A stretch of DNA of 64,000 nucleotides from Octopus sinensis (lineage: Eukaryota). The notes under the pieces are model-generated. The model saw nothing but the letters and a program-made list of their open reading frames with translations. It was not told the DNA's origin and ran no database searches. Numbering within the stretch: the stretch's first letter is position 1; each line of letters begins with the position of its first letter. A program made the position numbers and the translations under genes. The stretch spans positions 8,494,001 to 8,558,000 of the forward strand of contig NC_043004.1 of assembly GCF_006345805.1 (NCBI RefSeq), given 5' to 3'. Below are positions 37,798 to 52,640 of the stretch, piece by piece.

Positions 37798-39060
37798 CGA
37801 GTTGTTGTACGTGTGTGGTGTACACCGTAATAAACATTTGACTCCTTTAATAGCTTTTAAGCTTAAAACTTAATTGAGGATTTAAAACTGCTTATCTGTA
37901 TCTAGTTTCTGATCAGAATGCCAAAAGGGATTAAAAATATTTTCCCCTGTCAATCAAGATCAGTCACCTAAATTTCAGAAGGACCTCTCCATACACGACC
38001 ATCATTTGGAGTTTGCAAATAAATATAATAATTATGATATCGTGATTTATATTTTGTTTAATTTCAATCGCTGAACTAATGATGAAATATCTCCTATTAG
38101 TGTAATTGTTATTTATATTCTTGTTGCCTTTTTTTTTTCAGTATAGTTTCATATCCGACTAAATAAATGGCTTAACCTCTTCTTTGATCTTCAATACGTA
38201 TATCTCACTTCTGATATTGCGTTCTATCCTTCCTGAAAACATATATTTCATTAATCACTTTGCTATTTAGAACTTGGTGGTAAATTTCAGAGGCGAGTGA
38301 GAAAAAAACTGTCTGACTTTCTGCTACACAGACTCTTGCACTGATGCGGAAACTAATTATATTTGCCATGTCAAACCATTTAAATTTAATTAAGAAATCA
38401 TTAAGGTTTCTTCAGAAATCATTATTTATACCTTACACTAAATCATTTACACATATTGTACTTCATAATTATCTGAGGGCAAGAATTCCTTGACATCGCG
38501 TAATTACTTTCAGTACATATTCATTAGTTCACAAAATCACCGCTAAATTTTCTTGTAAGAAAAATCACGTCTCGCAAAGAATTCCCGGGAAGGTGTTGAT
38601 GTGGAAGAAAAGTAATCTATTTACATTTAAATTTGAAACTTTGAAATGGAATAAGCCGATTTATAAGCCCTCTGTGCTCCGATGGCATCTCATTAAAAAA
38701 TATTGATACAGTTGAACGGAGCACACACAAATTAACAAAATGCTCAATATAAACAGTTTTTGTCATGTTAGAGAGATTTGGACTTAATGGTTTCCTGTTT
38801 GATGCAGGTAGATTCGTCATTAATTGAGCCCCGTACTATTTCCCTTTGGTTCATGTTTAAGTTTATACGATTATTTTAAGGTGAAAACTGGAATATTTGA
38901 AGCGATCTTGCTCCCTTGCGCATACAACAGATGTTTAAATGCGTGTGTGCGTGTGCATATATATATACATGTATGTTTATATATATATTTTTATATGCAT
39001 TTTGTGTGTATATGTGTATGTGTGTGTAAATGCATATATGTACACTCAACACATACACAC

Positions 39061-39103
<43 letters not shown>

Positions 39104-39299
39104 GCCTAGGTTGCTAGAAATATGCTCTAATGCCGCAGTTGGCGCACATTTTAGCTCTTATTTCTAGCAATGTAGGTGGTTTTTAACCCTAGGCATATTT
39201 AGTGACGATTATAATTCTTCTTTTTAGTGAAACATTGCAACCTGCTGTTTTCATTAATTTGATATGTGTGTGTGTATGTGTATGTGTGTGTGTGTATGT

Positions 39300-39452
39300 G
39301 TGGATGTTTGACTCGTGATCGTAAGAGAGTGGTTTCTGTTCATGGACAGGGCGATGCGTTGTCTTCTTGAGCAAAACACCTCATTTCACGTTGCACCAGT
39401 CCACCCAGCTGGCAAAACGGAGTAACCCTGCGACGGACTGATGTCCCGTCTT
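39300..39452 (-). mobile_element. SINE family D, diverged copy
   Basis: Contains GGGCGATGCGTTGTCTTCTTGAGCAAAACACC...CCACCCAGCTGGC, matching the 34946 copy. Orientation and ends are approximate. Confidence 0.6.
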
Positions 39453-39859
39453 GGGAGTGAATAAATATGAATCAAGAAAGATCTTAGATTTTTTATATTC
39501 TTCGGCTATGCAACGACACACGTGCTTTTCTCACACTATCTGCTCCTTCCTCCGTTTCTTCTTCTTTCGACATTTCCCTCTTAGTGACGAAGAACAATAC
39601 TCGAAACGTCACTCCTAAATTTTCATCTCCAGCTTTCACTGAGAACGTCAAGCTAAGATATTCACTGAGTCTGTCTAACTGACTTTTGTTGTTTCTTTCC
39701 TGCTTTTTTGAGCGTTTTATTTGCCTATACATACATACATACATACATACATACATACATACATACATACATACATGCATGCATGCTTGCATACATACAT
39801 ACATACATACATACATACATACATACATACATACATACATACATGCATGCATACATACA

Positions 39860-39893
<34 letters not shown>

Positions 39894-40161
39894 CATAATA
39901 CATACATACATATATCTGTTTGTTGTTTGTACACCCGTCTCTGTCTTTTGTTTTTTGTAAATTCTCAATATATATATATATATTTACACATATATATAAT
40001 GGAGAAATTATATAAAATGTATAAATTGATGATGAGTAAAGGACTGGCACAGTTTCGATTACCTGTTGTTATCTGTAGATTTATTGCAGGAACTTTGTAG
40101 TGGCGGTTGCGGTAACAGTATTAATAAAATAGGAGATGGAATGTGTAATAGACTTTATTGG

Positions 40162-40203
40162 GTACAACATACGTTTCGATCCGATCTAGGTCTCATCAGG
40201 TAC
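40162..40203 (-). ncRNA. Minimal type I hammerhead ribozyme motif (GUU triplet)
   Basis: Minus strand: GUAC-CUGAUGA-GACCUAGAUCGGAUC-GAAA-C-GUAU-G-UU-GUAC. Helix I is 4 bp; loop III is quasi-palindromic (CGUAUG). Confidence 0.72.
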
Positions 40204-41099
40204 ATCAATAAAATTACCACTGCATGAATATTGAAACATTTATGCAATAATTAACGAGCTGAATGATTGCCTCTGCATAGCCATAACCTAGTGATATCAG
40301 TTCATAAAATTTGTAAAAGCTGTACAACTATTGCACCATTTCCTGAGTCATCAGAAAAGAAAAAACATGGAAGCCCTATTTGTTTTCAGTATTTTACTTT
40401 TTATTTTTTTGTAAAATAGTTTCTATGATTTATTGAAATGCGTTTGTAGAGCTTTTATTGAAAAGCCATATTAAAGTAGTTGTGACGGTACCACCCTCGA
40501 GGTACCACCCTCAAGAATGTACTTTATATTTATACCGTGTCGTGGCTAATTAGCTAACGAGTAATTATTTTTGCATTCGTTATAGTTAATGAATTTAATG
40601 AAGTTACTTTATTCATTTTCTTTATTTTTTGGGGGGATTTTTGCTTTTGGTGTCGGTATTTTTCTATTTGTTTACGTATATGGAGATCTATGTGGGCTGC
40701 ATATGTTTTCATATTGGTCTGTATGTGTGTGCGCGCGTGTATGTGTGTGTGTATTTGTGTGTGTGCGTGTGTTTGTGTGTGTGTCAATGTGTGTGAAACT
40801 AACTGTGTGTGTTCTCAGTATTTCCTCGAATAAAGTTACACATTGCGCTTGCTGCTTCTGTCTTCTCTCAGATTTGATTGAGCACCTTCCACTACGCATA
40901 CAACACGCGAGCGCACACACACACAAACACAGATACATACACTCATACACGCACAGACACATACATACATACATACATATATACATACACATACATACTA
41001 CATACATACATACATGCATGCATGCATACATACATACATACATACATACATACATACATACATACTTACATAATACATATATACATGCATGAGCCGCCA

Positions 41100-41283
41100 T
41101 GATAGATCGTTAGCCACTAAACACATTTTTTTCTCTCCTCGTTTTTCTCTGTGTCCTTTTCTGTAGAAGAGCATAGGCTCGAAACGTAAAATACTTTTTC
41201 TATTCCTGAGCGTTATACTAATACATCTGCTTGTTTTCTACACCACCCGTCTTCGTCTTTTGTTTTTTCGTAAACTCTCCCTA
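41100..41283 (+). mobile_element. Short repeat with decayed hammerhead-like GAAGAGC-NNNN-GCTCGAAACGT (relatives at about 45700-45800 and 49980-50100 on the minus strand)
   Basis: Three homologous copies seen; Penelope pLTR origin is inferred from the motif. Confidence 0.6.
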
Positions 41284-41912
41284 GACATGCATAAGCACGG
41301 ACATTTACTTATTCAGATCAGCGGGTGAGCGGTGATTCTAACACAATCCAGTGTGGCGTTCACTGTCTAAAAATCTGGAACTTTACTTTATACCATCAAC
41401 TTGATCGTAAACGAATACATCAAGTCAGAAGTTTTGGGATCGTGTCACTGGCGTTCGTTTAATTAGCGGTTTGTGGATGTAAACAACGAAGTTCTTTTCA
41501 AAGCTTGCTATAAACCTCCTATAATGAATTAGGTGGTTTCTTATAAACAAAGTTTCATCGCTGGAATTTGGATAACAAAAACAATGCGTTAAGTGTTTAA
41601 CATTCGAAAATCTTGCACATTTTTACTGTTCACATATTTATTGGCCATCAGTTCTTTAAGATTGAGTGTCAGTATCGAGACTCACTCTTTCATGACTAGA
41701 AAAGCAGTTCAGTTGGATAAAATTTCCAAGTTTAGACTTAGCTTATCTCAAGAAAGCACAAATATCATTCAATGTTGTGGCCTTCATCCATTTCACTCAA
41801 ATTAATTTTCTGGGTTCTATTTGAAATTGACTTCACGACGAGTCTAGAATCACATTCACTGTATTGTTGCTTTACTTAGGCAGAAGCAGTGAAAATATGT
41901 TGGCATTTAAAA

Positions 41913-42300
41913 ACAAAAGTGTGGTAAGAAGATTGCTTTCCAACCACATGGTTCCGGGTTCCATCCCACTGCATGGCACCTTGGGCAAGCGTCTTCTACT
42001 GTAGCCTCTGGTCGACCAAAGCCATTTAAGTGGATTTGGTAGACGGAAACTGAAAGAAGCCCGTTGTATATGTATACATGTATATTTATGTCTGTGTCTT
42101 TGAGTCAGTGTACGTCCACCATCGCGTGACAACCGATGTTGGGTGTTCACGTCCCCGTAAGCTGGCGGTTCGGCAAAAGAGACCGATAGAATAAGTGCGA
42201 GGCTTACAAAGAATAAGTCCTAGGGTTTATTTGTTGGAATAAAAGCGGTGCTCCAGCACGGCCGCAGTCAAATGACTGGAACAAGTAAAAGAATAAAAGA
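41913..42300 (+). mobile_element. SINE family B, near full-length
   Basis: CCAACCACATGGTTCCGGGTTC...GGCCGCAGTCAAATGACTG. Confidence 0.87.
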
Positions 42301-42816
42301 ATAGGAGCTTAGATATAGGACCCTAAACCATGTCTCTTCGCATTTATTTACACATACATACATACACACACATATACATACATACATACATACATACATA
42401 CATACATACATACATACATACAGGAGAAAGCTAATTCGAAGACTACAGATGCAATCCATCACTGGAACTGTAAAAATCTGTAAAACCTTCCAGGAGTTTA
42501 TCATTTAAATATATATGAGCATCTCTAGATATGTAACTATATACATGAGAATACATACACAAAACATACAAATCTGCATATACATACACACATACATACA
42601 TACACACATACAAACATACATACATATATACATACATACATATATATATATACATACATACAAGAATACCCTGTTGTTGATGTTGGAATTCCAATGAACG
42701 AACCTTGGATCTAGGTTAGAAACCGGTTCTTTCTCTATTGGCAAGAAATCTTGAAATAAACTGTATGTATGTATGTACGTATGTGAGTATATATGTATGT
42801 ATGTTTGTATATATGC

Positions 42817-42881
<65 letters not shown>

Positions 42882-43807
42882 TGTATGTATGTATATATGT
42901 ATGTATGTATGTATGTATGTGTGTTCATACATTAACTTATTCATAGTCACAAAACACATATAAACACACATTCCCGCATATCCATATAATTTCACATATA
43001 AATTTGAACCTACGCTTGTGTGACTGCCTCTTCCCTCTACCCACTCGCCCGCTCTATGACGTCGCCTGACAACTGCTGTTACAGGAATGCCTATCTGTTT
43101 GACATCTGCTGTCCTCCCTCTTTCTCAATATTCTACCTCTCTTTCTCCCTCCTTCTCCGCATGTGTCTCTTCCTCTCTCTTTTTTTTCTTTTTTCATTCT
43201 CTGATTTTATATAATTCTTATTTTATTCCATTATTATTATTTATATATTTTTATATATATATTTGTCTCGTCGGTTCCCTCTCCTGGCTTTTTCTCCAGT
43301 GCCTTCGGCAACCCTTCTCAACTTTATTAGAAGCCGACTGCGTGTTTTCGCCATTAATACTCATTTTATGCATTGATATATCTTCTCTGCAACATCATGT
43401 TTCGCTGATTTGTTTCCTGTAACTCCTTTCTTAAGGCTCTTAATTTCTACATTTATATTCATATTTTATATATTTTATTGTTATTAATTATTTCATATTA
43501 TATGTTAGTGAGGGTATTAGGGAGTTAGCTCAGGCTTACGAGATAGCCCCCCCCCCACCACCACATTTACTTACTCGTGTTTCTTCTTGTATTTCGTTTT
43601 TATTATTGTTAATATATTTCGTTTTGCAACGCTTTAATGTTTCTTTTAAATCCGATGATTCTGTTCCTAGTCTTTAATGGGGTTTCGTTACAGGAATATT
43701 TTAAAGATTTAGCTGCGTCGTCCAGCGTTTCATTAATACGAAAAATTTCACCGTTTTTTTTTAGCACGTGGAACCCTGGTGCTCTTTTGTCCTCGACATG
43801 TTATCAT

Positions 43808-43839
<32 letters not shown>

Positions 43840-43843
43840 TCAT

Positions 43844-43875
<32 letters not shown>

Positions 43876-44079
43876 TCATCCTCATCATCACCACCACCAC
43901 CACCACCCTCCTCCTCCTCCTCATCATCATCATCATCATCAATAACAACATCATCTGTAACCACGTAGTTATGGGTTCAGTCCCACTGTGCAGCATTAAG
44001 CAAATGTTTTCAAGTATAGCCCCAGCCCGACCTATGTCTTGCGTGTGAATTATGCAGACGGAAACTACGTGGAAGCTCG

Positions 44080-44159
<80 letters not shown>

Positions 44160-44172
<13 letters not shown>

Positions 44173-45365
44173 ATAACGCGAAATTCTGTTTGTCCGTCCG
44201 CCTCATTTGCTCTCCATAGACATATTCTACCTTTTGGGAATCAGGATGATCCTGGGATTGAAAGGCTGCCCTTCATTTGGTTCTTGAACATCCAGCATTG
44301 GGATCGGGTCTGGATGAGGATTTGTTATATGTTAACAGTTGAAAATCCAAATTTTATAAGGACACCCACAATTCGTGAACTTACAAGTCTTTCAGTTAAA
44401 CTGAATTGAAAGTAATACTGAAACTTTGTGAATTAAAAAAAAATATTTTCCATTCAGTTCATTTTTGAAACTAGATCCAAGTTAGGCTGAGAGGTTTCGC
44501 GTTCGTGAAGTTTCGAAGTTCCGTGAAGTTAGTGAATTGAAACACTCGGAAGGAAATATTGAAGAACTTGAACTTCCGGCCTGATCGGACTTCCGGCCCT
44601 ATCACACTTTCGGCAGAGTCAGTTTATTCAGAAAGTTGGATGCTGGGAGATTTTCAGCTCAACTACCGGATCTGAGGAATGGAAGCATTCGGCAAGACAG
44701 TACCGGAGACATCACGGTTCCAAATGGTTGTGGCATTTTGGTCAAAACTGTAGAAGAGCTGATTACAAAGATTTACCCAAAAATTAGACATAATTTTCAA
44801 GACCATGGATGGCTTTACGAAAGAGCCATACTTGCAGCAAAAAGTATGAAACTGTCCTGGCTATCAATTGGAAAATTGTGCAATCAATCAATACTCGGGT
44901 AAAAGAAATTATTTCTTAACTGATACTCTTGTAGACCTGTGAATGATCCTCCTGGAATGGTATATCACAAACTGACATTGGATTAAGGGGTTCCAATGAT
45001 GCTTTTGAGAAATCTGGATACTCCAAAGCTGTGCATTGGTATAAGACTGATTGCCAGGCAAATGCATCCACATCTTATGGAAGCAACAATCCTCAATGGA
45101 CAAAGAAAGAGAGAAAATGAGTTTATTGCAAGAATTCTGCTGATTCCAGCAGACACACTCTTTGAATTCCAGAAGTAACTTCAAATTCCAGTAAGAATTA
45201 GTTTTGTAATGTCAATCAACAAGAGTCAAAGGACAATCACTGAAAATCGTTGGACTTCACTTCATGCAGCAGAACTTTTCCCATGGTCAGCTCTATGTTG
45301 GTTGTCCCAGAGTTGGAAATGGCAACAATCTCTTCATACTCACACCAAATGGTAAAAACCGATCT
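44160..45365 (+). mobile_element. Helitron fragment (Pif1-like helicase C-terminus), internally deleted
   Basis: IYPKIRHNFQDHGWLYERAILAAK; GVPMMLLRNLDTPKLCIGIRL; PVRISFVMSINKSQ/GQSL; FSHGQLYVGCPRV. No canonical 3' hairpin-CTAG seen. Confidence 0.88.
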
Positions 45366-45901
45366 CCGAATGTCACAATAATGCAAAATTCTCCAAATGT
45401 GATACTTTATGATATAAATCTCAGATGGTAGGGTACCAATAAATGCTGTACAATTACTGCTCTCTCTCTCTCTCTCTCTCTCTCTTTATATTTGGACCGC
45501 AGGCCCAATCAGCCCTCCGCAGGAACTAGCTTCAAACTAAGGAAACAAGAATTTATGCCGAGAACTTCATTAGGTTACAGCTGTTTCTGCTATAAGATGC
45601 AATGCATGCAGATTGGAGAACTTTTGCATCCCTTTGGAGCTGTTAAAAGATCATATATATACATATACATACATAAACACACACACATATATAGAGTGAG
45701 AATTTACAAAAAAGACAAAGACGGGTGTGTAAACATAAACAGATGTATTAGTTTAACGTCGGGAAGAAAGTATTTTACGTTTCGAGCCAACGCTCTTCAA
45801 TATGTATATATGCATATATAATATATATATATATATATAATATATATATATATATATTATATATATATATAATATATATATTATATATATATATACAATT
45901 A

Positions 45902-45939
<38 letters not shown>

Positions 45940-46567
45940 TTGGATGTATGTATATATATATATATATATATATAGAGAAAATAGTAAAAAAGTGAAAAAA
46001 ACCAACTTCTTATCTATATATATATATATATATTATATATACTTATATAGAGAGAGGTTATCTTAATCTCATTAAGGTATGGTTTCATCCAAAGGAATTT
46101 CTGGTTTTATACCTAGTATTTTGGGAGAATCAATTTCCTTAAAATAATAGCTATATATATCAAAACATAGTTTACATTCATATAAAAGAAGAAAAGAAAA
46201 TGGAGAATGAGAAGTTAATAATTGTTTAGTATTAACAGCAACTTAATCAATCTCTTACAGCTGTTTCAATTAATACTCAGTAAATATTAAATTTACATTT
46301 ATATAAACTGAGCATAATATCTTCGTAGGGAAAATATACTTTTAGATGTTTTATATGGGTTTATGGATTCATTATGGTAGACCGAATGATACGGTTTATA
46401 ATTTGAATTGTTATATGTTCGGGCGAAGGGTTTACAGTTTGATTTGAGATAAGATAGAGCTGGGGAATAGAATCAGAACAATAAATGAATAAATTACATA
46501 GAGATGATAGAGGAAATTTAAATATAAATAAGGTAAGCTTATAGATAATAAAAGAATGGGATAATCG

Positions 46568-46900
46568 ATGTGGCTGTGTGGTATGAAGCTTGCTTCCCAT
46601 CCACATGGTTCTGGGTTCAGTCTCACTGCGTGGTAACTTGGGCAAAAGTCTTCTACTATAGTCTCGGGCCCATCAAAACCTTGTGAATAGATTTGGTAGA
46701 CGGAAACTGAAAGAAGCCTGTCGTATGTATATATACGACATATATATATATATATGTTTGTGTCTGTGTTTGTCCCCCCACCATCGCTTGTCTCCGTAAC
46801 TTAATGATTCGGGAAAAGAGACCGATAGAATAAGTACTAGGATTATAAAGAATAAGTCCTGGGGTCGATTTGTTCGACTAAAGACGGTGCATCAGCATGG
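46568..46900 (+). mobile_element. SINE family B copy
   Basis: TGGCTGTGTGGTATGAAGCTTGC...GGGGTCGATTTGTTCGACTAAAG. Confidence 0.87.
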
Positions 46901-46976
46901 CCGCCGAAAATTTGTACATATGCAAGTACGCACGTATTTATATACACACATACATACATGTATCCGTACGCCCATA

Positions 46977-47059
<83 letters not shown>

Positions 47060-47489
47060 TGTATAACAATTGTAGCGTGGAGGATGTTTGTAAGGCATTC
47101 AAGTATACAGCACGAAGTTTCGAAGTTTTGTCAGTGAACAGGACGCGGTTTCAAAGCGACGAAAATATTTGACATAAATGAAATTTAAATGTTGAAGTGA
47201 AAGTAACGGTTTTTGTGCGTTCTTAAATGACTTACAAACATCTTCCACGCTGCCATTGCTTTTGTTTCAGCACAAGATTTCCAATCAAGTCACTTGCTAT
47301 GCAAGTACATCTCCGTAATTTATATTTATATGTCTGTGTGTTTATGTAATTATATATATATATTATTACACACACATACACACTTAAATACATAAACATA
47401 CATATATACATACATACATACATACATGCATGCATGCATACATACATACATACATACATACATACATACATACATACATACATACACAA

Positions 47490-47523
<34 letters not shown>

Positions 47524-47529
47524 CATACA

Positions 47530-47560
<31 letters not shown>

Positions 47561-48021
47561 GCATGCATCTGCGAATTAACACTTTTATTGTTTAACGGAA
47601 TATGTAAGACAGAACATCACCAAACAAAGGCTAATTCTGTCTGAAATTCTGCGAAGCTCAACAGCAATCAGGGATGAAGTATATATATTTGTAAGATGTA
47701 TATTGCTGTTGATTACGATTACAACATAAAACTCATGCAATTTACGTCAACGATGCAAGTTATGTGCATTAACCACGCCCAACGAAGAAGGGTGATGGAG
47801 TTCAAAAAAATTCATTTTCAGACACGGGAAAATTCTTATGGAATAAGGAAAAGTTGTTTTAAATGGTTTAAATAAATAAATAACTGCAACGGAAAAGACC
47901 CATGTTAAAACGGCACTCGTACATATTGAAAGAAAAAAAAGTATTTCCATGTAAATGTGAGTGCAATGAAGGAAACCTGGTTTCAAGAAAACATAAACAC
48001 TAACCTAAATGTTTTCTACAG

Positions 48022-48102
48022 TTCCGCCAATGGAACCGCAACTGTGCACTGCATGGGTTGTTGTTTGAATGAAGTGGGTTACTCTCGACAGACCCCTTGT
48101 AG
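48022..48102 (+). CDS. Candidate 81-nt exon; one open frame SANGTATVHCMGCCLNEVGYSRQTPC
   Basis: Branch-point CACTAAC (47998-48004), acceptor TGTTTTCTACAG|, donor TAG|GTAAGT; length divisible by 3. No homology recognised. Confidence 0.45.
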
Positions 48103-49112
48103 GTAAGTGGAATATTGAATGAACAATTCAATAGATTTTCGTTTCAACACCCTGCTGGAAAGAAAAACAAAGAGATGTGATAACAGAGCTGTTTGGACAC
48201 TACAGCTTTATATGTAAGTGGTGGGTGCAACCACCAATTATACTGGCATACTGTAATAGCAGCTGTTACAAGGTTGTTAGCTGGCAGAATCGTTAGACAA
48301 AAATGCTTAGCTTTATTATATCCGGCTCTTCACGTTCTGAGTTCAAATTTTGCCGAAGTCAATTTTGCCTTTCATCCCCTCACGATCGATATAATCGATT
48401 TGTTCCTACCCTTCAATACGGCTTGCCTTGAAACCTAAATGGGCCAGTGTGCCGTTTCCAGTCGCTTATACCACACAGAGACCAGGTAACCGGTTGCCTT
48501 ATGAGTCCTTAGGCTCAAGAAACAAAATAGCTACAGCACAATTAGTATAAAACGAAGCAGGAGACTTTGTTGGCTTCCTAACAGTTTTCCAAACTATGCA
48601 ACAAGAACCTAACCAAACTACTTAAACTAAGTCTCTAAATCTTTTTAGAAATAATCTCCCAATTTCCTAAAAGAAGAATAATACTTCTTATTCAAAAAAA
48701 GGATATAGAACAGACGCAAATATACACACACCTCTATGTCTGGCTTCAAAATATCATTAGGAACATTAAAGGAATCAAGTAGGACACTGATTGCATTTCA
48801 AGAGTTAAGTAACGTATTCCGTTCTACTGAATGCGATCTCCGTTCTTACAAAAGCACAATGTCACACAACACAGCTGTTGTCACAACATAACTGGGTGAG
48901 AAAACAACGTTCAGTCAGTCATATGTGTATGTAGTTGTAATGCGTTTGCGTGTGGGGTGGTGGTGGTGGTGGTAGAATTTCTGTTCGTAAAGTAGAGTGT
49001 ATTTACACCACGTTTCTCGATTTTTTAAAATCATCTCTACGTAGCTAGAATTAATAAGTAACAATAAGACATTGTATACAGCAACAGAGTAGGCCAGCAC
49101 ACACACACACAC

Positions 49113-49165
<53 letters not shown>

Positions 49166-49485
49166 ACTCAATATGTATGCGCATGTAAATATGAACACAT
49201 GAATACATTTTATACGAATTCATATCCATTCTATATATACATATATGTGCGGATATATATGTATGTGTACTGATACGTAATACATACATACGACATACAT
49301 GCATATATATATATATAAATATATTATATATCATATATATATATATATATATATATAAAGTATCAAGGGCATATAATGCACCCCCTTTAGTCCTTCGGAG
49401 TTAGGAATATGCAGCCTTCGAACATGTGACGATAGTAATAATTTTGTTAAAATCGTCGTTCCCGACTATATCCAGATCGTATTCA

Positions 49486-49525
<40 letters not shown>

Positions 49526-49529
49526 TGAA

Positions 49530-49882
49530 GGCATCGCATGGCCTCAGTGGTTAGAGCGTCGAGCTTACGTATCGCGTCGTGAGGTTGTGAGCTCGAATTC
49601 CCGGACCGGGCTGCGTGTTTTTTTCTTGAGGCAAGGCACTTTATTTCACGTTGCTCCTTTCACCTCAGCTGTAAAATGAGTGTTGATTGCGAACGTCACT
49701 GGTGCCAAGCTGTATCGACCTTTCTTCTTTCCCTTGGATAACACTGGTGGTGTGGAGAGGGAAGGCTGGTATGCATGGGCGACTGCTGGTCTTCCATAAA
49801 CAACCTCGCCCGGACTTGTGTCTAGGAGGGATAACTTTCTAGGTGCAATCCCATGGTCTGTGTCCGTGACCGAAGGGGGTTT
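49530..49882 (+). mobile_element. SINE related to family D with a longer 3' tail
   Basis: TGGCCTCAGTGGTTAGAGCG head and core TTCTTGAGGCAAGGCACT...CACCTCAGCTGTAAAATGAG. Confidence 0.78.
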
Positions 49883-49913
49883 CCGATATATATAGACACA
49901 CACACACACACAA

Positions 49914-49958
<45 letters not shown>

Positions 49959-50639
49959 GTATGTATAAAATTCAAATTTATAGCAAACAAAGACGAAGAC
50001 AAGTGTAGGAACAAGAAGCAAGTGTATTAGTTTGACGCTCGGGAAAAATGTAAAAGTCTTTTACGTTTCGAACCAAACGTTCTTCGACAGAAAGGAACAA
50101 GAGAATGAAAAAAACACGTGTAGAGTTCAGCGGCCCATCATGGTGAAATATGTATATAGTGAGAGATAGAGAGAGAGTGAGAGATAAAGAGACAGAATGA
50201 CAGAAAGAAACAGAGAGAAGCAAGAGAAGGGAGAGGAAACGAGATGCGTGGAGTTAAACAAATATTTAAATGAGTGAAGCTAATATTTATGTTATTTTTT
50301 ACAGTAACTTAATAGTTATTTTTAAATTAAAACGTTTGAAGATTTAACGATTTAATTATGCCCCGAGCATTATTTCATGTGAATAAGGTTTTATTTTACT
50401 GTAATAAAGACAGAGGAGAACGAAAAGGATGGTGGGGGGTAGAAAAGGGTGAGAGAATGATTGAGAGAGAGAGCGAGAAGAAATCTGATAGATAGATACA
50501 TAAACAGATGATAGACAGATAGATAGACTCAATAGATAGATAGATAAATATATATATATATATATATATTATATTATTATATATATAATATATATATATA
50601 TATTATAGATAGATAGTGTACAAGTGGTATACGACAGAC

Positions 50640-52460
50640 ACAGTGACAACTCTGAATAATTATGAACTACACTGTTCAGCCATAGCTGAGGGTCGTTTCG
50701 ACATGCAAGTGTCTTGTTTCCCAATCTTAGGCGAACTATAATTTGAACCTACATTCTGTAGATGACATGTGATATGTTTAACAAGGTTTCTAGATGTAAT
50801 CTCTGCTGTGATTGTTTGAGTCTTTTGGCGTGTTGTTAGCTCAAAGTACAGTGTTTTTAGGTGCATATATAAGAATGAGACCAGCCATTTAGGGGACAGG
50901 TAAGGAGTGAGAGTGTGAAGAAGGGACTGACATTCACAATGCCAGAGGAAAGCGATTATGGTGCTCCACTTTGGTTGAGGCTAAATAAGTTATCGCAAAA
51001 TTCTTATGTTTATAAAAAAGGCTTTCATTAAGAAGTTAACCATCATATGATAATTTTGTCCTCATATCTGCAACACACATTTGGTTATTGGTGGTCAAAA
51101 GGTTCGTAAATGACAATAAATCAAATTTTTTAAAGCATTTAAAAATATTTTCATAGTTTACCAGCCATAAATGCTGGTTTTGTAAATGTGTGGTTGTGTT
51201 GGTCGGATCCTAGTTTGAAGGGATTGGCGGTTGAACCAACGATTCCTTTGTAGAGAGGATTGTTTGAAAAAAGGCTTGACATCAGACAAAATAGCATCAG
51301 TTGGTTGATATGTTTACTAGAGACGTGGGTCGGAGTTATTTCTATTCGTTAGAGATACACTAAATATTTTGGTGCACCTATAGTCACATTTCGTAATTTT
51401 GCTCAATATTTTATAATGCTTATGGTTCGTTAAGAAATATTTTGAACTAAGTTAAAAAAGATATTTCGTGACATTAAAACGTAATAATGATCTTAAAGCT
51501 GGGTTACATAACACGGTATTAAGGTAACTGCTGTTTCGGGAATATTTTTATAGAGCTGAAATTGAACTAGTGTCTATATATATATAATTTCCTCGTAAAA
51601 ACAACTCTGCTCAATGATAATGTGTAGCCATCAATATGGAGTGTTTTGTTAAAGGAAGTTACGTCTGAAGAATTGTATGATAGCATTTTTGACGAAGCTT
51701 AAGATTGATGTCAGCGGGTCATTGAAATTGATTTCGATGTGTTTCTTTTTGTCATTGGGTTTTGCCATAAACATGTTGTGTGCTATTCCCAAGGTTTAAA
51801 CTGATGTCAAAGAAGTTTACGGTGTGAAGTTGGTCGTCTAATATTTTGATGAGGTTCTCCTTTAGGCTGAAGAACTTATTTATCGGCACTGTGTGTAATT
51901 ATGGGCTCTTTATCACGATACAAACCAGGTTCTTTCATAAGGACTAAATGTTTTATATTCGGCAGGATGGAACGACCAATTAAATCAGAACTCCTGTAGA
52001 GCGTCTGCCACCGTTTTTAATTAATAGGTCATCGTCGAAGGCGAGCAGTGACTTGTGATCCGATAGAATTATTTTCACGTCTGGCTCTTGGTTGTGTGGT
52101 TTCAGGTGTAATTTAAGACTTTAAATTTGACAGAGGAATTGGAATCAACAAAGTCGAACTGGATAAACGAATGCAGGTTTTGTACAATTAATGTTATTTA
52201 ATTGCCGGACGCCGGATGTGGTATTATCCTAAAGTTTTATAAAAGAGACTACTGAAGATGAAACTAGGATTGTTTTACTGGACCTACCGAGTTCGCAGAA
52301 TGTTGTTTAAATTGTCTGCGAGTGGTGTTCATGGCCTTTGAATGACACATAAAATGTGTGTAGGGCTACAGACTATAATCTGTCATCAAATTCTATGCTG
52401 GTAGCAAAAGATTTAGTTTCAAGGTTGATGAAATACAATGTTTCTACATATAAACAAGCT
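50640..52460 (-). mobile_element. Penelope-like retroelement relic (RT C-half, GIY-YIG endonuclease and 3' region)
   Basis: Minus-strand remnants KIILSDHKSLLAFDDD, VNFFDISLNL (RT motif) and GIVGSTANPFK (YIG-ST motif), with many stops and frameshifts. Confidence 0.78.
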
Positions 52461-52466
52461 GTTATT

Positions 52467-52470
52467 AGGC

Positions 52471-52516
<46 letters not shown>

Positions 52517-52525
52517 GTAGATAGG

Positions 52526-52604
<79 letters not shown>

Positions 52605-52640
52605 GCAGGTAGATAGATAAATAGATAGATAGGCAGGTAG
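52467..52640. repeat. (GATA)n microsatellite
   Basis: Read directly. Confidence 0.97.
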
